Of a stretch of DNA of 64,000 bases, positions 28,886-38,298 are shown in pieces. The DNA is from an uncultured Verrucomicrobiae bacterium (GTDB taxonomy: Bacteria; Verrucomicrobiota; Verrucomicrobiia; Limisphaerales; SIBH01). The notes under the pieces were generated by a model that saw only the letters and a list, made by a program, of their open reading frames with translations, was not told where the DNA came from and made no database searches. Each line of letters begins with the position of its first letter. The stretch's first letter is position 1. The stretch spans positions 459,889 through 523,888 of the forward strand of contig CAVXCM010000013.1 of NCBI GenBank assembly GCA_963760275.1, written 5' to 3'. Both the position numbers and the translations under genes were made by a program.

Positions 28886-30502
28886 TCACTCAACCTGTGC
28901 GGCGCGAAACCATTGGAGGTTGGTGCCACCAATCCGCACCGTGCCCTCAATCGCCAGGCTACGGTTTAGACGTTCGTTGGGTCCCGTGACGGTTACTGAG
29001 GACGGCAGCGATCTGGCTACAGAAGGCGCCAAAGGTTTTGCGGGATCTGCGTAAGTATTTCGGCCACCCGCGAGAACTGCGTTCGTGTTGCCCGCAAACT
29101 TTCCGGTGATCACCACCATTTGACGCAACGTGGCGTTGCTCCCCGACGCCCGGAACGAATATTCGTCCGACTTGCTTACACCTTCGCTTAGCTGAGGTCC
29201 TTGTTTCCGTTCGGCAAGGGGTTGACCCGCCAACGACACGCCGAACGCAGTCGAAAGTGGCGTCTCCAATTCACCTACATAATGTGAGCCATCGGCATCG
29301 ATCAGCCGGATTGTGCTACCGCTTTGTTCAACAGCGAATTGATTGAGGACAGGCGAGGCTTCGCTCGCGGCGGCTTTAGCCTTGGAGGCAACCTCTTTAT
29401 CCCCCAGCGCAGTGCTGGTGAGAGTGAGACGGCGGAATCTCGATACGATACCCGCATTGGATCGCGCCGACGGAAAAGCGCCGAGCTGGTCTTGAGAACT
29501 GGTGGGACGTAGTTCGTCGCCGGAGATTCTTTCCACGTTTTGGACTGCACGTGGTGCGAGATTTCCAGCCGGTGGTGTGGAGGCCCGGCCGATGTCGGCC
29601 GAAGCAGGCCTTGCCGGCGCATTGGGCGCTGAGGCGAGATTGTCTGCCTGATTGAGGCTGGGAGTTGTTGTCGCTGCGGATTCTTTCGCGCCTGCGGGCG
29701 CGCCGGCTTCCCGTCGCGAACGAAAAAATTGGTCGTCTCCTTTTTTGTTAGCGGATACAGCCGCCTCGGCAAGGCGGGTTGCCCGGCTCTGAGGAGCTGC
29801 GAACCCTCTGCTTTCAGGTTGGGACTCTCGCAAGGCGCCCAAAGTGTTGTCCTCCGCCTTGGACGGAAAGTTTAAGGCCGGGCTCAGCGATGCGATGTAA
29901 TCCGAGTCGTTCGTCTGAGATTGAACGAAATCGGAGTAGTAGTTCAGGGAAGGCGAAACCGCTACGGAAGGACTGAAGGCGAACCGGTTCACGGAATCCA
30001 GCATGGCTGTCGAGTCCTTCTTCTCATCCTGGTCAGCCAGTAGTTTGGACTCGGTTGTTGGCGAGACGGGCGAGATGCTTGCCTGCCGAACTTCGGAGCG
30101 AGTCTCCTTCGAGCCGGCTTCACCTTTTGCCAGCCCCTTTGCATCGCTCGGGCGCGGTGCGTTCGCGACGGTGACTGAAGTCGGCTGCTCTTTCACAGCA
30201 CCATCGAGCAGCGCCAGTTCGAATTGAGACGAAGTGAGCTTTTCCGGCCTCGACAGCATCAATACGGTCACATACGCGAGGGCCACTGCCGTGGCACCGA
30301 CCAGAATTCGTTGGCGCCAAAAGATCGCCCACACGCCTGCCAGCCTCTGCCTCTCTTTTTTTCCGGCAAACTGTCGGGCTACTTCGCCTTGTAGCAACCG
30401 CCGTGTCGCCGGATGCAGCGTGGGGTCGCCGGATTGGGCTCGGCGTTCCTTGGCGTAACGCTTCAGCAGCTCATCGGCTTTGTTTTGATGTTCGGGCGGC
30501 AT
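28886..30502 (-). CDS. putative anti-sigma factor / single-pass membrane protein with a long Ser/Ala/Pro-rich extracytoplasmic region
   Basis: Lies immediately downstream (7 nt) of the ECF sigma gene. It has a roughly 60-aa cytoplasmic N-terminus, one TM segment (ILVGATAVALAYVTVLML) and about 450 aa outside the membrane. No zinc-binding anti-sigma motif is seen. Confidence 0.55.
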   Translation of the reverse strand: MPPEHQNKADELLKRYAKERRAQSGDPTLHPATRRLLQGEVARQFAGKKERQRLAGVWAIFWRQRILVGATAVALAYVTVLMLSRPEKLTSSQFELALLDGAVKEQPTSVTVANAPRPSDAKGLAKGEAGSKETRSEVRQASISPVSPTTESKLLADQDEKKDSTAMLDSVNRFAFSPSVAVSPSLNYYSDFVQSQTNDSDYIASLSPALNFPSKAEDNTLGALRESQPESRGFAAPQSRATRLAEAAVSANKKGDDQFFRSRREAGAPAGAKESAATTTPSLNQADNLASAPNAPARPASADIGRASTPPAGNLAPRAVQNVERISGDELRPTSSQDQLGAFPSARSNAGIVSRFRRLTLTSTALGDKEVASKAKAAASEASPVLNQFAVEQSGSTIRLIDADGSHYVGELETPLSTAFGVSLAGQPLAERKQGPQLSEGVSKSDEYSFRASGSNATLRQMVVITGKFAGNTNAVLAGGRNTYADPAKPLAPSVARSLPSSVTVTGPNERLNRSLAIEGTVRIGGTNLQWFRAAQVE

Positions 30503-30509
30503 CTGGTGT

Positions 30510-31151
30510 TTAGACGGTTAAACTCTTCTTTTTCTCCCGCTTAATCTCGGGCCCGGTCGGAAAGTATTGAGCTGCCAAAGTTTCAAGCTTGTCCAAACAC
30601 TTGCTCAACCGGCTGCTCACGGTCTTGGGATTCAGATTGAGCTCTGCGGAAATCTCCTCGTAGCTCAAATCGGCAAAGTAACGCAATTCGATGACCTCCC
30701 GGCACGGCCCGCCTAATTCTTCCAGCGCACGCGTAATCAGGCCGGCGTTCTCGAGATGGATCAGCGCCTGATCCGGGCCGGGCGCATGACTGGGCGGATC
30801 GATCACAAACCCGTCTGGATCATCGGCGTTCAAGGGAGCATTGAGCGAGAGAGTCCTCTGGTTGCCGCCGCGTTTTGCAGCGTGCTGCTTTTGCAGATAA
30901 TCATGGGCTTTGTTTGCCGCGATCCGAAAAAGCCACGTTTGGAACTGGCTGGCCCCCTGGAATGTGTGAAGGCTTTTAATGACGGTGAGGAAAGTTTCCT
31001 GGCAAATCTCCTCCACATCCTCCGGTGTGAAACTTGAACTGATCTGGAAAATGAACCGCGCTGACGGAGCGTAGTGCGCGTCAAACAATTCGTCCCACGC
31101 CTCCGCTTCGCCTCGCAAACAGCGAGCGAGCAGTTGGGATTCTGCGTTCAT
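30510..31151 (-). CDS. ECF (sigma-70 family group 4) RNA polymerase sigma factor
   Basis: ATG at 31151. Region 2 (FQTWLFRIAANKAHDYL) and region 4 (EVIELRYFADLSYEEISAELNLNPKTVSSRLSK). Confidence 0.9.
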   Translation of the reverse strand: MNAESQLLARCLRGEAEAWDELFDAHYAPSARFIFQISSSFTPEDVEEICQETFLTVIKSLHTFQGASQFQTWLFRIAANKAHDYLQKQHAAKRGGNQRTLSLNAPLNADDPDGFVIDPPSHAPGPDQALIHLENAGLITRALEELGGPCREVIELRYFADLSYEEISAELNLNPKTVSSRLSKCLDKLETLAAQYFPTGPEIKREKKKSLTV

Positions 31152-31285
31152 CGGCTGGAAATTACGGCATTTGATCCCATTTGGCGAGGCTCGTAGCACG
31201 GTGTGGCGGGGAGCTGAAGGTCCTGAATGCAACTTGTGCCGCTTCCGTCAGGTTGCTATCGATTTCGCACCACACTTGGAAAAAT

Positions 31286-32587
31286 ATGAAAACGCTTTGG
31301 CTCGCCACACTCCTTTGCACTTCGTTTGTTCACGCTGGGAATTGGGGCAATTGGCGTGGGCCCCAGTTCAACGGCTCCTCTCCCGAAAGCAAAGCGCCTG
31401 ATCAATTCAGTAAAACCGAGAACGTCGTGTGGCGGGCAGAATTGCCAGGGCCGGGTGGCGCGACGCCCGCGGTTTGGGGTAACGCCATCTTCGTCAGTTC
31501 CATTGACACGCAAAACAAATCACGCGGGGCGCTTTGTCTGGATCGTACTACGGGAAAGGTGAAGTGGCGGCACGACATGGGGCCCGGGGTGTCGCAAGAC
31601 GGCAACAGTAACTTTGCCTCGCCGTCGCCGGTTACCGATGGACAAGTGGTCTATTTCTACTATGGCAATGGCGACCTCGCGTGCTTCGACATGGAGGGGA
31701 AGAAAGTTTGGGCGCGCAACATCCAAAAGGATTATGGCCCCTTCGCTTACCAGTGGACTTATTCCGCCAGCCCGCTTCTCCACGGAGGGAAACTTTACAT
31801 CCAGGTGTTGCAGCGAAATGTGCCGGTCAATGGCCGCGGCAACGCTCAAAACGATTCGTATTTGCTCGCGCTTGATCCCCGTACCGGCAAGGAGCTTTGG
31901 AAACACGTGCGACCCTCCGACGCAGTGGCTGAATCACTCGAGGCCTACAGCACTCCCATCCCTTCCACCCACAATGGACGGACTGAACTGTTGATCACCG
32001 GAGGGGATTGCATCACGGGACACGATCCAGAATCCGGCCGTGAACTCTGGCGCTGGGGCACGTGGAACCCACAGAAGATTGGGCACTGGCGATTGGTCCC
32101 CTCTCCCGTGGCGGGCGCTGGATTGGCACTAGCCTGTGGCCCGAAGAACGCCCCTGTTATCGCCGTAAAACTTGGCAAGAACGGCAAACTGACCGATGCC
32201 GACCTGGCGTGGCAAAGCACGGATCGCGACGTGACCAGCGACGTTCCGACCCCTTTATTTTACCAGGGCAAGTTCTACGTGCTCAACGGCGGCAAGAAAA
32301 AGATCCTCTGTGTGGAACCGGCTGATGGCAAGGTCCTGTGGTCTGGCGATCTGGAAACCCGTTCGGTATTCGAGTCCTCACCCACGGCCGCTGGCGGGAA
32401 GATCTACATGATGGACCATGCCGGCAAAGTGTTTGTGGTCTCCGCGGCCCCCGATCAATTCAAGCTGCTCGCTTCACCTGCAATGGGCGATGAAGGGGAT
32501 AACCGCCTCCGCGCCTCCATTCCGATTTCCGATGGTCAACTGTTTATTAGAACCGGAAAAAGTCTGTATTGCATCGGAAAGCGATAG
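31286..32587 (+). CDS. secreted PQQ-like (BamB-type) beta-propeller repeat protein
   Basis: ATG at 31286 gives the signal peptide MKTLWLATLLCTSFVHA. Repeated W-x-x/G-x-x-Y blade motifs (NWGNWRGPQ, GKVKWRH, GKKVWAR, GKELWKH, GRELWRW, GKVLWSG). Confidence 0.85.
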   Translation: MKTLWLATLLCTSFVHAGNWGNWRGPQFNGSSPESKAPDQFSKTENVVWRAELPGPGGATPAVWGNAIFVSSIDTQNKSRGALCLDRTTGKVKWRHDMGPGVSQDGNSNFASPSPVTDGQVVYFYYGNGDLACFDMEGKKVWARNIQKDYGPFAYQWTYSASPLLHGGKLYIQVLQRNVPVNGRGNAQNDSYLLALDPRTGKELWKHVRPSDAVAESLEAYSTPIPSTHNGRTELLITGGDCITGHDPESGRELWRWGTWNPQKIGHWRLVPSPVAGAGLALACGPKNAPVIAVKLGKNGKLTDADLAWQSTDRDVTSDVPTPLFYQGKFYVLNGGKKKILCVEPADGKVLWSGDLETRSVFESSPTAAGGKIYMMDHAGKVFVVSAAPDQFKLLASPAMGDEGDNRLRASIPISDGQLFIRTGKSLYCIGKR

Positions 32588-32629
32588 GCGCGCTTTGATG
32601 GAGGATTCGACTGCGTGAGGGCCATCACT

Positions 32630-33811
32630 CTAATGAGGATCGCTGGGCGTGAATTTCACGACATGGCCCTTTTCAAAACGTTTGAGCTCAAGCCCGAGTG
32701 AGCCAATCCGCGCCTCCGCCATCGCCGCATGCGATTGATTGGGATAGAGCTCTGCAATCCGTTCGAGCGTCGCTTTGGCGAGTTCGGCATTGCCGGTCGC
32801 TTCCACCTGCAGGTCCGCCAGCAGATTCAGCCATCGCACCACGTGTTTCGGAGATTCGTTGGGAAGGGCGATGAGTTGCTCAATTTGTTCCGTAGCCAAA
32901 TCCAGCCGTCCATATTCCCGCGCATAAATGACGGCCAGTCGTTCGCGCGCCTCCGTGTCAGTAGGATGCATGTCGAGATGTGCGACAATTTCCGTCGCTT
33001 CCTGCTCGGAGTCTTTTACTTTCGGGAGAAGATGCTCCTGTGATTTTAAGAGTCCCAGATATTCCACCCCGGGCTTCATTTTCACCGTCGAGGGCTCACG
33101 CGAATGGATTAGTTGTTCAGCCGTCGCCAGATGGGCGATGCGATTGGACGCGGTGCGGGCGAACTCCGTGCCGGGCAACAGTTCGATGACTTTTTCCAAC
33201 GCCAGCCGGGCAGCCTCGGGATCTTGCTCCAGCTTCAGGTGCCAATCGGCCAATGAATTAAGAGCGAAGGCAATGTTCGCAGGTGTGTGCTTTGGCTGTG
33301 CGCAAAAGCGATTCACAGTGGTCACCGCCGCTGGGACATCGTTCAGGTTTTCCGCTTGGATTTCCGCAAGCATCATCTGGCCGGTGAAATCGTTGGGAAA
33401 CTTAAGCAACTGCTCCTGGATGGCATATACGGCCTCCCGACATTTGCCCCGCTTACGCAAGGCTTCGGCCGTCGAATAAAGTGGCACACGGTCCGGTTCT
33501 TCATCCCCTCCGCTGAACAAGTTGGAGAAGGGTCGGGCGACGACTTCACCGATGGTTCGGCCCCACACGAAAGTCATAACCACGGCGGCGGGGAGGGCAA
33601 CATACAACAAGACTCCGAGCTTCTCCGCCCCGCGGGCTCGAGCTGCTTCGTAAACGACCCAACCGACCACAACGAGGCTCAAAAACCACTTGAATATCAG
33701 CTTGCCCGGTTCTTCCGAGCGGCGCAGGGCGCGCCAAAAAATGAATGCGGTGAAGCAGAGGATTGCGAGTGCTGCGAAAAGGAATAACGCGATTCGAAGC
33801 GACGGAGGCAT
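32630..33811 (-). CDS. membrane protein with three N-terminal TM segments and a TPR-like helical-repeat domain
   Basis: 393 aa. The hydrophobic N-terminus is followed by an alpha-helical repeat region. The start lies 5 nt after the stop of the LolA-like gene. Confidence 0.7.
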   Translation of the reverse strand: MPPSLRIALFLFAALAILCFTAFIFWRALRRSEEPGKLIFKWFLSLVVVGWVVYEAARARGAEKLGVLLYVALPAAVVMTFVWGRTIGEVVARPFSNLFSGGDEEPDRVPLYSTAEALRKRGKCREAVYAIQEQLLKFPNDFTGQMMLAEIQAENLNDVPAAVTTVNRFCAQPKHTPANIAFALNSLADWHLKLEQDPEAARLALEKVIELLPGTEFARTASNRIAHLATAEQLIHSREPSTVKMKPGVEYLGLLKSQEHLLPKVKDSEQEATEIVAHLDMHPTDTEARERLAVIYAREYGRLDLATEQIEQLIALPNESPKHVVRWLNLLADLQVEATGNAELAKATLERIAELYPNQSHAAMAEARIGSLGLELKRFEKGHVVKFTPSDPH

Positions 33812-33815
33812 AGCC

Positions 33816-34589
33816 TCACTCTTTGTCGAAATCGAATTGAAGTCGAGTGCGGGTTTTCGCCTGGCGATTGCGGATTTCCATCTCGCTCACCTGGTAGGTG
33901 CCGTCGACTTTCTTGAAGCCCGTGACTTCAAACTCTTTAAGAATTCGCCCATGCCGGTCGTACGCTTCGGCCATGAGCAAGCCAGGCTGCCCTTGCTTGC
34001 GACTCTCCTGGTCCACCCACGCCAACACACGCGAGTACGGGCCGGCGTACGCCGGGCGGCTCTCCAATACGTCACATCCGCGGCCCTTCCTCATCTCACG
34101 GGTCACGACCATCTGCGTGGGCCAATGGAAAAATTCCAAGCCCAAGTCGAACAAGGCAAAATCGGATCGGATGAATCGGTTCGTCGCCTGGGCTCCAGAA
34201 AGCTTGATCACCTGTCCATCCCGTTCCCATTCGTACTCATTAGATTTCTCAAGCGAACGGCGGATGGAGAGCCGTTCTTTGGTTCCATCCGGCGACTCTG
34301 CCTCATAGCGGGTAATCCAGTTGGATTCCGTCACTAGGATTTCGCTTCGCAGCGTTACGTCGCGCGTCGTCTTACCCGGGGAGAAAATCCGCAACACACC
34401 GGAAAATTCTGCATTCTCAGCAGGCCTGGTCCCGCGCAATTCACGGGCAAGTTGTTGACCCTCAGCAGGGTCATTCAGGGCAATAGGCAGAGCAGCGCAT
34501 GCACCAGACGCCGTCGTCAAAACGACCAGTGCGCGCGCCAAAGCTTTGAATTGTAATAGTCGGGTGAACCAGATGCCGATGGAGTTCAT
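33816..34589 (-). CDS. LolA-like outer membrane lipoprotein-sorting family protein
   Basis: Signal peptide present. The pattern SDFALFDL...CDVLESRP...YSRVLAWVDQES...AEAYDRHGRILKEF...VDGTYQVSEMEI matches the LolA_like fold family. The ATG overlaps the lon stop (ATGA). Confidence 0.65.
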   Translation of the reverse strand: MNSIGIWFTRLLQFKALARALVVLTTASGACAALPIALNDPAEGQQLARELRGTRPAENAEFSGVLRIFSPGKTTRDVTLRSEILVTESNWITRYEAESPDGTKERLSIRRSLEKSNEYEWERDGQVIKLSGAQATNRFIRSDFALFDLGLEFFHWPTQMVVTREMRKGRGCDVLESRPAYAGPYSRVLAWVDQESRKQGQPGLLMAEAYDRHGRILKEFEVTGFKKVDGTYQVSEMEIRNRQAKTRTRLQFDFDKE

Positions 34590-37003
34590 TTGGTCAGGGC
34601 GATCGAAACAAGCTGCGCGATGTCTTTAACAAAATGGGCTTTCATCGCTTTCCGAACTTCGAGTGGAACATCCATCCAGTCACCCCGATTCGACTCGGGG
34701 AGAATAACCGTTTTCAGACCCGCTCTCGCCGCCGCGAGCACCTTTTCTTTAATGCCACCAACACGGAGCACGCGGCCGCGCAAGCTGATCTCACCTGTCA
34801 TTGCCGCATCGGAACGCACCAGTCGCCGCGTCAACAATGAGGCCAGCGCCACTGAAATCGTGGAGCCGGCGCTGGGGCCATCCTTGGGTGTGGCGCCTGC
34901 CGGCACGTGAACGTGAATGTCGAACTTATCGAAGTCCCTCACATCGATGTTAAGCAGTTTGCTCTGGCTGCGTATGTAACTGAGGGCTGTTTGCGCACTC
35001 TCCTTCATCACGTCCCCTAGCGAGCCAGTGAGGATCAGGGAACCTTTGCCCGGCATCCGGGTGGCCTCGATGAACAGAATTTCGCCCCCCACCGGAGTCC
35101 AAGCGAGGCCCATGGCAATGCCGACTTCAGTGATCTTTTCTGCTGTCTCGGACACGTATTCCGGATGGCCGAGATGTTTCTGCAAGTCCTCAGGTTGAAT
35201 GGTCAGGGCCGGACGCCTTTGACGTGAACCGACAATCTTGCGAGCCACCTTGCGCATCAGACTCCCGATCTCCCGCTCGAGCTGGCGGACTCCTGCTTCA
35301 TGCGTGTAATCCTGAATCAACTTCTTCAGCGTCGCCTCGGGCAGTCTCACGTCGCGCGGTTTCAACCCATGCTCTTCCAACTGGCGCGGCACGAGATGTC
35401 TCTTGGCGATCTGGATTTTTTCAGCGGCGGTGTAACTGGGTATGCGGATGGTTTCAAGCCGGTCCCGCAACGCTGGATGAATCGGATCCAACCAGTTGGC
35501 AGTGGTGATGAAAAGCACCTGCGAGAGATCAAATGGAATGTCCAGGTAGTGATCCGTAAAGGTGTTATTCTGCTGCGGATCCAATACCTCCAGCAACGCC
35601 GAGGCAGGGTCGCCTCGGAAATCCGATCCCACCTTGTCGAGTTCATCGAGGAGGATGACCGGGTTGCGCGTTTCCGCTCGCCGCATCGTCTGAATGATGC
35701 GTCCCGGCATGGCGCCCACGTAAGTCCGCCGATGACCACGAATTTCTGCTTCGTCGCGCAGGCCACCGAGGGAAATGCGGGCAAATTTTCGCCCCAGCGC
35801 ATCTGCCACACTTTTGCCCAGCGAAGTCTTCCCAACTCCAGGCGGACCCACCAGACAAAGGATGGGCCCCTTCAGGTTGCTCTTGAGCTTGATGACCGCG
35901 AGATACTCCAGCAGACGGTCCTTCACTTTTCCCAACCCATAGTGTTGCTCGTCCAAGACTTTCTCGGCCAACTTAAGGTCCAGTTTGTCGGTTGTCTTTT
36001 TTGTCCACGGCAGGTTGAGCAACCAGTCCAGATAATTGCGGCTGATGGCGTATTCTGCTACCGCCGGCGACATCTGGCTGAGGCGATCGAGTTCCTTGAG
36101 CGCGACTTTTTGCGCTTCCTCAGGGAGGGGATGTTCCTCCAATTGCTTTCGGATGGCGGCTACTTCCGTCGCGGTGACATCTCCTTCGCCCAGTTCCCGC
36201 TGGATGGCGCGCATCTGTTCGCGCAGGAAAAAATCCCGCTGCGTCTTGGCCATCGTGTTAGTGACGTCATTCTGGATTTTGGTCCCGATCTGAACCACCT
36301 CGAGTTCGCGTTCCAGCAGCGGGCGTAACTGTTGCAACCGGTCACGAACATCGGCGGTCTCCAATAACCGCTGGCGGTCTTCAAGACTCAAATTCAAGTT
36401 CGCCGCAAGCAGGTCACTGAGCGATCCGGGGTTCTCGGTGTTAACGGCGGCGACCTTGACCTGATCGGGCATGGCCGGCGTCAGCTTGATTATCTCACGG
36501 AATTTTTGCGCCGCATTGCGTGCCAATGCTGTCACTTCAGCTTCGGCACCTTCCGGCACCACGTCCCGCATCACTTGGAATTTGGCGCGGAGATAAGGTT
36601 TTCTGGCTGCGTAACTCTTAACCTGAATCCGCCAGAGCCCCTCAATCAGTATCCGGATCGTGTTATCCGGGAATTTCAGCATCTTTATCACCCGCGCTCC
36701 GCAGCCGAATTCAAACAAATCTTCCGGAGCAGGGTTTTGAATGTCTGATTTGCGCTGCAGTACCAAACCCAGCAGGCGATCCCCTTCCACGACATCGTCG
36801 ATCAATTTCGTGCTCTCATCGCTTTCCACGAGCAGCGGGACGACCATGCCGGGAAAAATGACGACATCAGACAAACCGAGAATGGGAAGGGTGTCGGGAA
36901 GCTTGCTCGCCGCGCGGGTGATGGAGGTATCGGAAGTGTCGCTCGCGCCGAGAATGTTAATCAACTCGGTGTCGGGTGTGGTCATCGATTCGTCATTTGA
37001 CAT
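34586..37003 (-). CDS. lon: ATP-dependent Lon protease (LonA)
   Basis: 805 aa. LON N-domain, Walker A GPPGVGKTS, and proteolytic Ser motif PKDGPSAGSTI. Confidence 0.97.
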   Translation of the reverse strand: MSNDESMTTPDTELINILGASDTSDTSITRAASKLPDTLPILGLSDVVIFPGMVVPLLVESDESTKLIDDVVEGDRLLGLVLQRKSDIQNPAPEDLFEFGCGARVIKMLKFPDNTIRILIEGLWRIQVKSYAARKPYLRAKFQVMRDVVPEGAEAEVTALARNAAQKFREIIKLTPAMPDQVKVAAVNTENPGSLSDLLAANLNLSLEDRQRLLETADVRDRLQQLRPLLERELEVVQIGTKIQNDVTNTMAKTQRDFFLREQMRAIQRELGEGDVTATEVAAIRKQLEEHPLPEEAQKVALKELDRLSQMSPAVAEYAISRNYLDWLLNLPWTKKTTDKLDLKLAEKVLDEQHYGLGKVKDRLLEYLAVIKLKSNLKGPILCLVGPPGVGKTSLGKSVADALGRKFARISLGGLRDEAEIRGHRRTYVGAMPGRIIQTMRRAETRNPVILLDELDKVGSDFRGDPASALLEVLDPQQNNTFTDHYLDIPFDLSQVLFITTANWLDPIHPALRDRLETIRIPSYTAAEKIQIAKRHLVPRQLEEHGLKPRDVRLPEATLKKLIQDYTHEAGVRQLEREIGSLMRKVARKIVGSRQRRPALTIQPEDLQKHLGHPEYVSETAEKITEVGIAMGLAWTPVGGEILFIEATRMPGKGSLILTGSLGDVMKESAQTALSYIRSQSKLLNIDVRDFDKFDIHVHVPAGATPKDGPSAGSTISVALASLLTRRLVRSDAAMTGEISLRGRVLRVGGIKEKVLAAARAGLKTVILPESNRGDWMDVPLEVRKAMKAHFVKDIAQLVSIALTK

Positions 37004-37038
37004 GTGATGCCCCAGCCCTTAATCCCCGTTTGCTTAAG

Positions 37039-37443
37039 TTACTTCTTACCTGAGAAAATCGCGACGCGCTTGGTGGAGCTGACGACGATTTGGGGAACGT
37101 CGATACGCAAAAATCCATTCTGATACGCCGCTTTCGCCTGTCCCAAGTCATAGCCCGGTGGCAACTCAATGACACTCTGGAATGAGCCGTAGTTGATTTC
37201 CATAACGAGGAACTTGCACTTCGGTGCCCTGCAACCGTCGGGGCGATGGCCGGTGATTGTAAGGCGATTTGCCTCCACCGTTAGCTCAAGATCCTCCTTC
37301 CGCATCCCAGCAAGTTCGACCTTGATTACCAAGGCCTGCTCCGTGACGTAGACATCGGTGTTGGGGACCCAATGAGATTCGACCGATTTGTCCCCAGTTC
37401 TGCCGGGACGCCAACTGTAGAGCGAGGAATTCACTTTATACAT
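37039..37443 (-). CDS. Hsp20/alpha-crystallin small heat-shock protein
   Basis: 134 aa with an alpha-crystallin domain (TDVYVTEQALVIKVELAGMRKEDLEL...AAYQNGFLRIDVP). Lies 35 nt upstream of lon. Confidence 0.9.
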   Translation of the reverse strand: MYKVNSSLYSWRPGRTGDKSVESHWVPNTDVYVTEQALVIKVELAGMRKEDLELTVEANRLTITGHRPDGCRAPKCKFLVMEINYGSFQSVIELPPGYDLGQAKAAYQNGFLRIDVPQIVVSSTKRVAIFSGKK

Positions 37444-37498
37444 TCTGAGCGGTTGCGGCAGAAACTATCCCACCAATCCCGCCCGCGCAAGGTTGCTT

Positions 37499-37705
37499 CT
37501 ATTTCATCTTCATAATCACGCGTGGCGTTTCCCCCTTGCGAGCGTGAAAGACGATGGAGGACCGCGGAACCGTTCCAGACGGCGAACTGCACCCGCAGTG
37601 CGTGTCGCGACCAAACTTAAACTTACGTCGACGCAAGCGGCTCCCCACCATCAAGGCTAACGTTCCGGCCACAATCAGAAGCGCGACGATTTGTTGCCAA
37701 TCCAC
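37499..37705 (-). CDS. small Cys-containing membrane protein resembling FeoB-associated Cys-rich proteins
   Basis: GTG at 37705 gives (M)DWQQIVALLIVAGTLALMVGSRLRRRKFKFGRDTHCGCSS..., that is a TM helix, a basic stretch and a CGC motif. 68 aa. The start codon is uncertain. Confidence 0.4.
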   Translation of the reverse strand: MDWQQIVALLIVAGTLALMVGSRLRRRKFKFGRDTHCGCSSPSGTVPRSSIVFHARKGETPRVIMKMK

Positions 37706-37845
37706 AACGCGAACATAGTCGCGAGATCCGCAATCGCAACTGGGGAAATTTGACCAACCGTTGCGGCCTCCGCCGCTCAATATGGCCAGCTACGGCGCAG
37801 CAAATACTCTTTGGAACGGCGCGCCTTACTTGTTTCTATTCAGTC

Positions 37846-38262
37846 ATGCCGCAAGAATTTTTCACGCACAGCCATCGAGTCACCTACTCCGAATGCACCG
37901 TCGGCAACCACATCTATTACGCCCGCTATTTGGATTTGTTGGAGGCGGCGCGCGGGGAATTCTTTCGGACGCTGGGGACGACCTTTCTCCAGTGGCACGG
38001 AAACGACACATTCTTCCCCGTGATCGAAGCACGCCTTCGCTACAAGGGCGCCGCGCGATATGATGACATCCTGAAGATCGAAGTCTGTCTCGCCGAGTTG
38101 GAGCGCGTGCGGCTTAACTTCGCCTATAGAATCCTGAACGAATCAGGAAAGCTTTTGGTTGAAGCCCACACCCTCCATGCCTGCACTTCCGCCGACGACA
38201 AACTGAAACGCTTGCCAGAAGAGTTGGTCAGTCGACTCCAGCCTTTCTTGCGGACCGCGTAA
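37846..38262 (+). CDS. acyl-CoA thioesterase (4HBT/YbgC hotdog fold)
   Basis: ATG at 37846. HRVTYSECTVGNHIYYARYLDLLEAARGEFF matches the YbgC-type N-terminus. 138 aa. Confidence 0.85.
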   Translation: MPQEFFTHSHRVTYSECTVGNHIYYARYLDLLEAARGEFFRTLGTTFLQWHGNDTFFPVIEARLRYKGAARYDDILKIEVCLAELERVRLNFAYRILNESGKLLVEAHTLHACTSADDKLKRLPEELVSRLQPFLRTA

Positions 38263-38298
38263 ACTCGTCCCACAAAGTGCGGGATGCGAAGCGGACAT

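Noticed and set aside
35300-36328. 342-aa ORF on the plus strand
   Set aside because: It is antisense to lon and is a shadow ORF.
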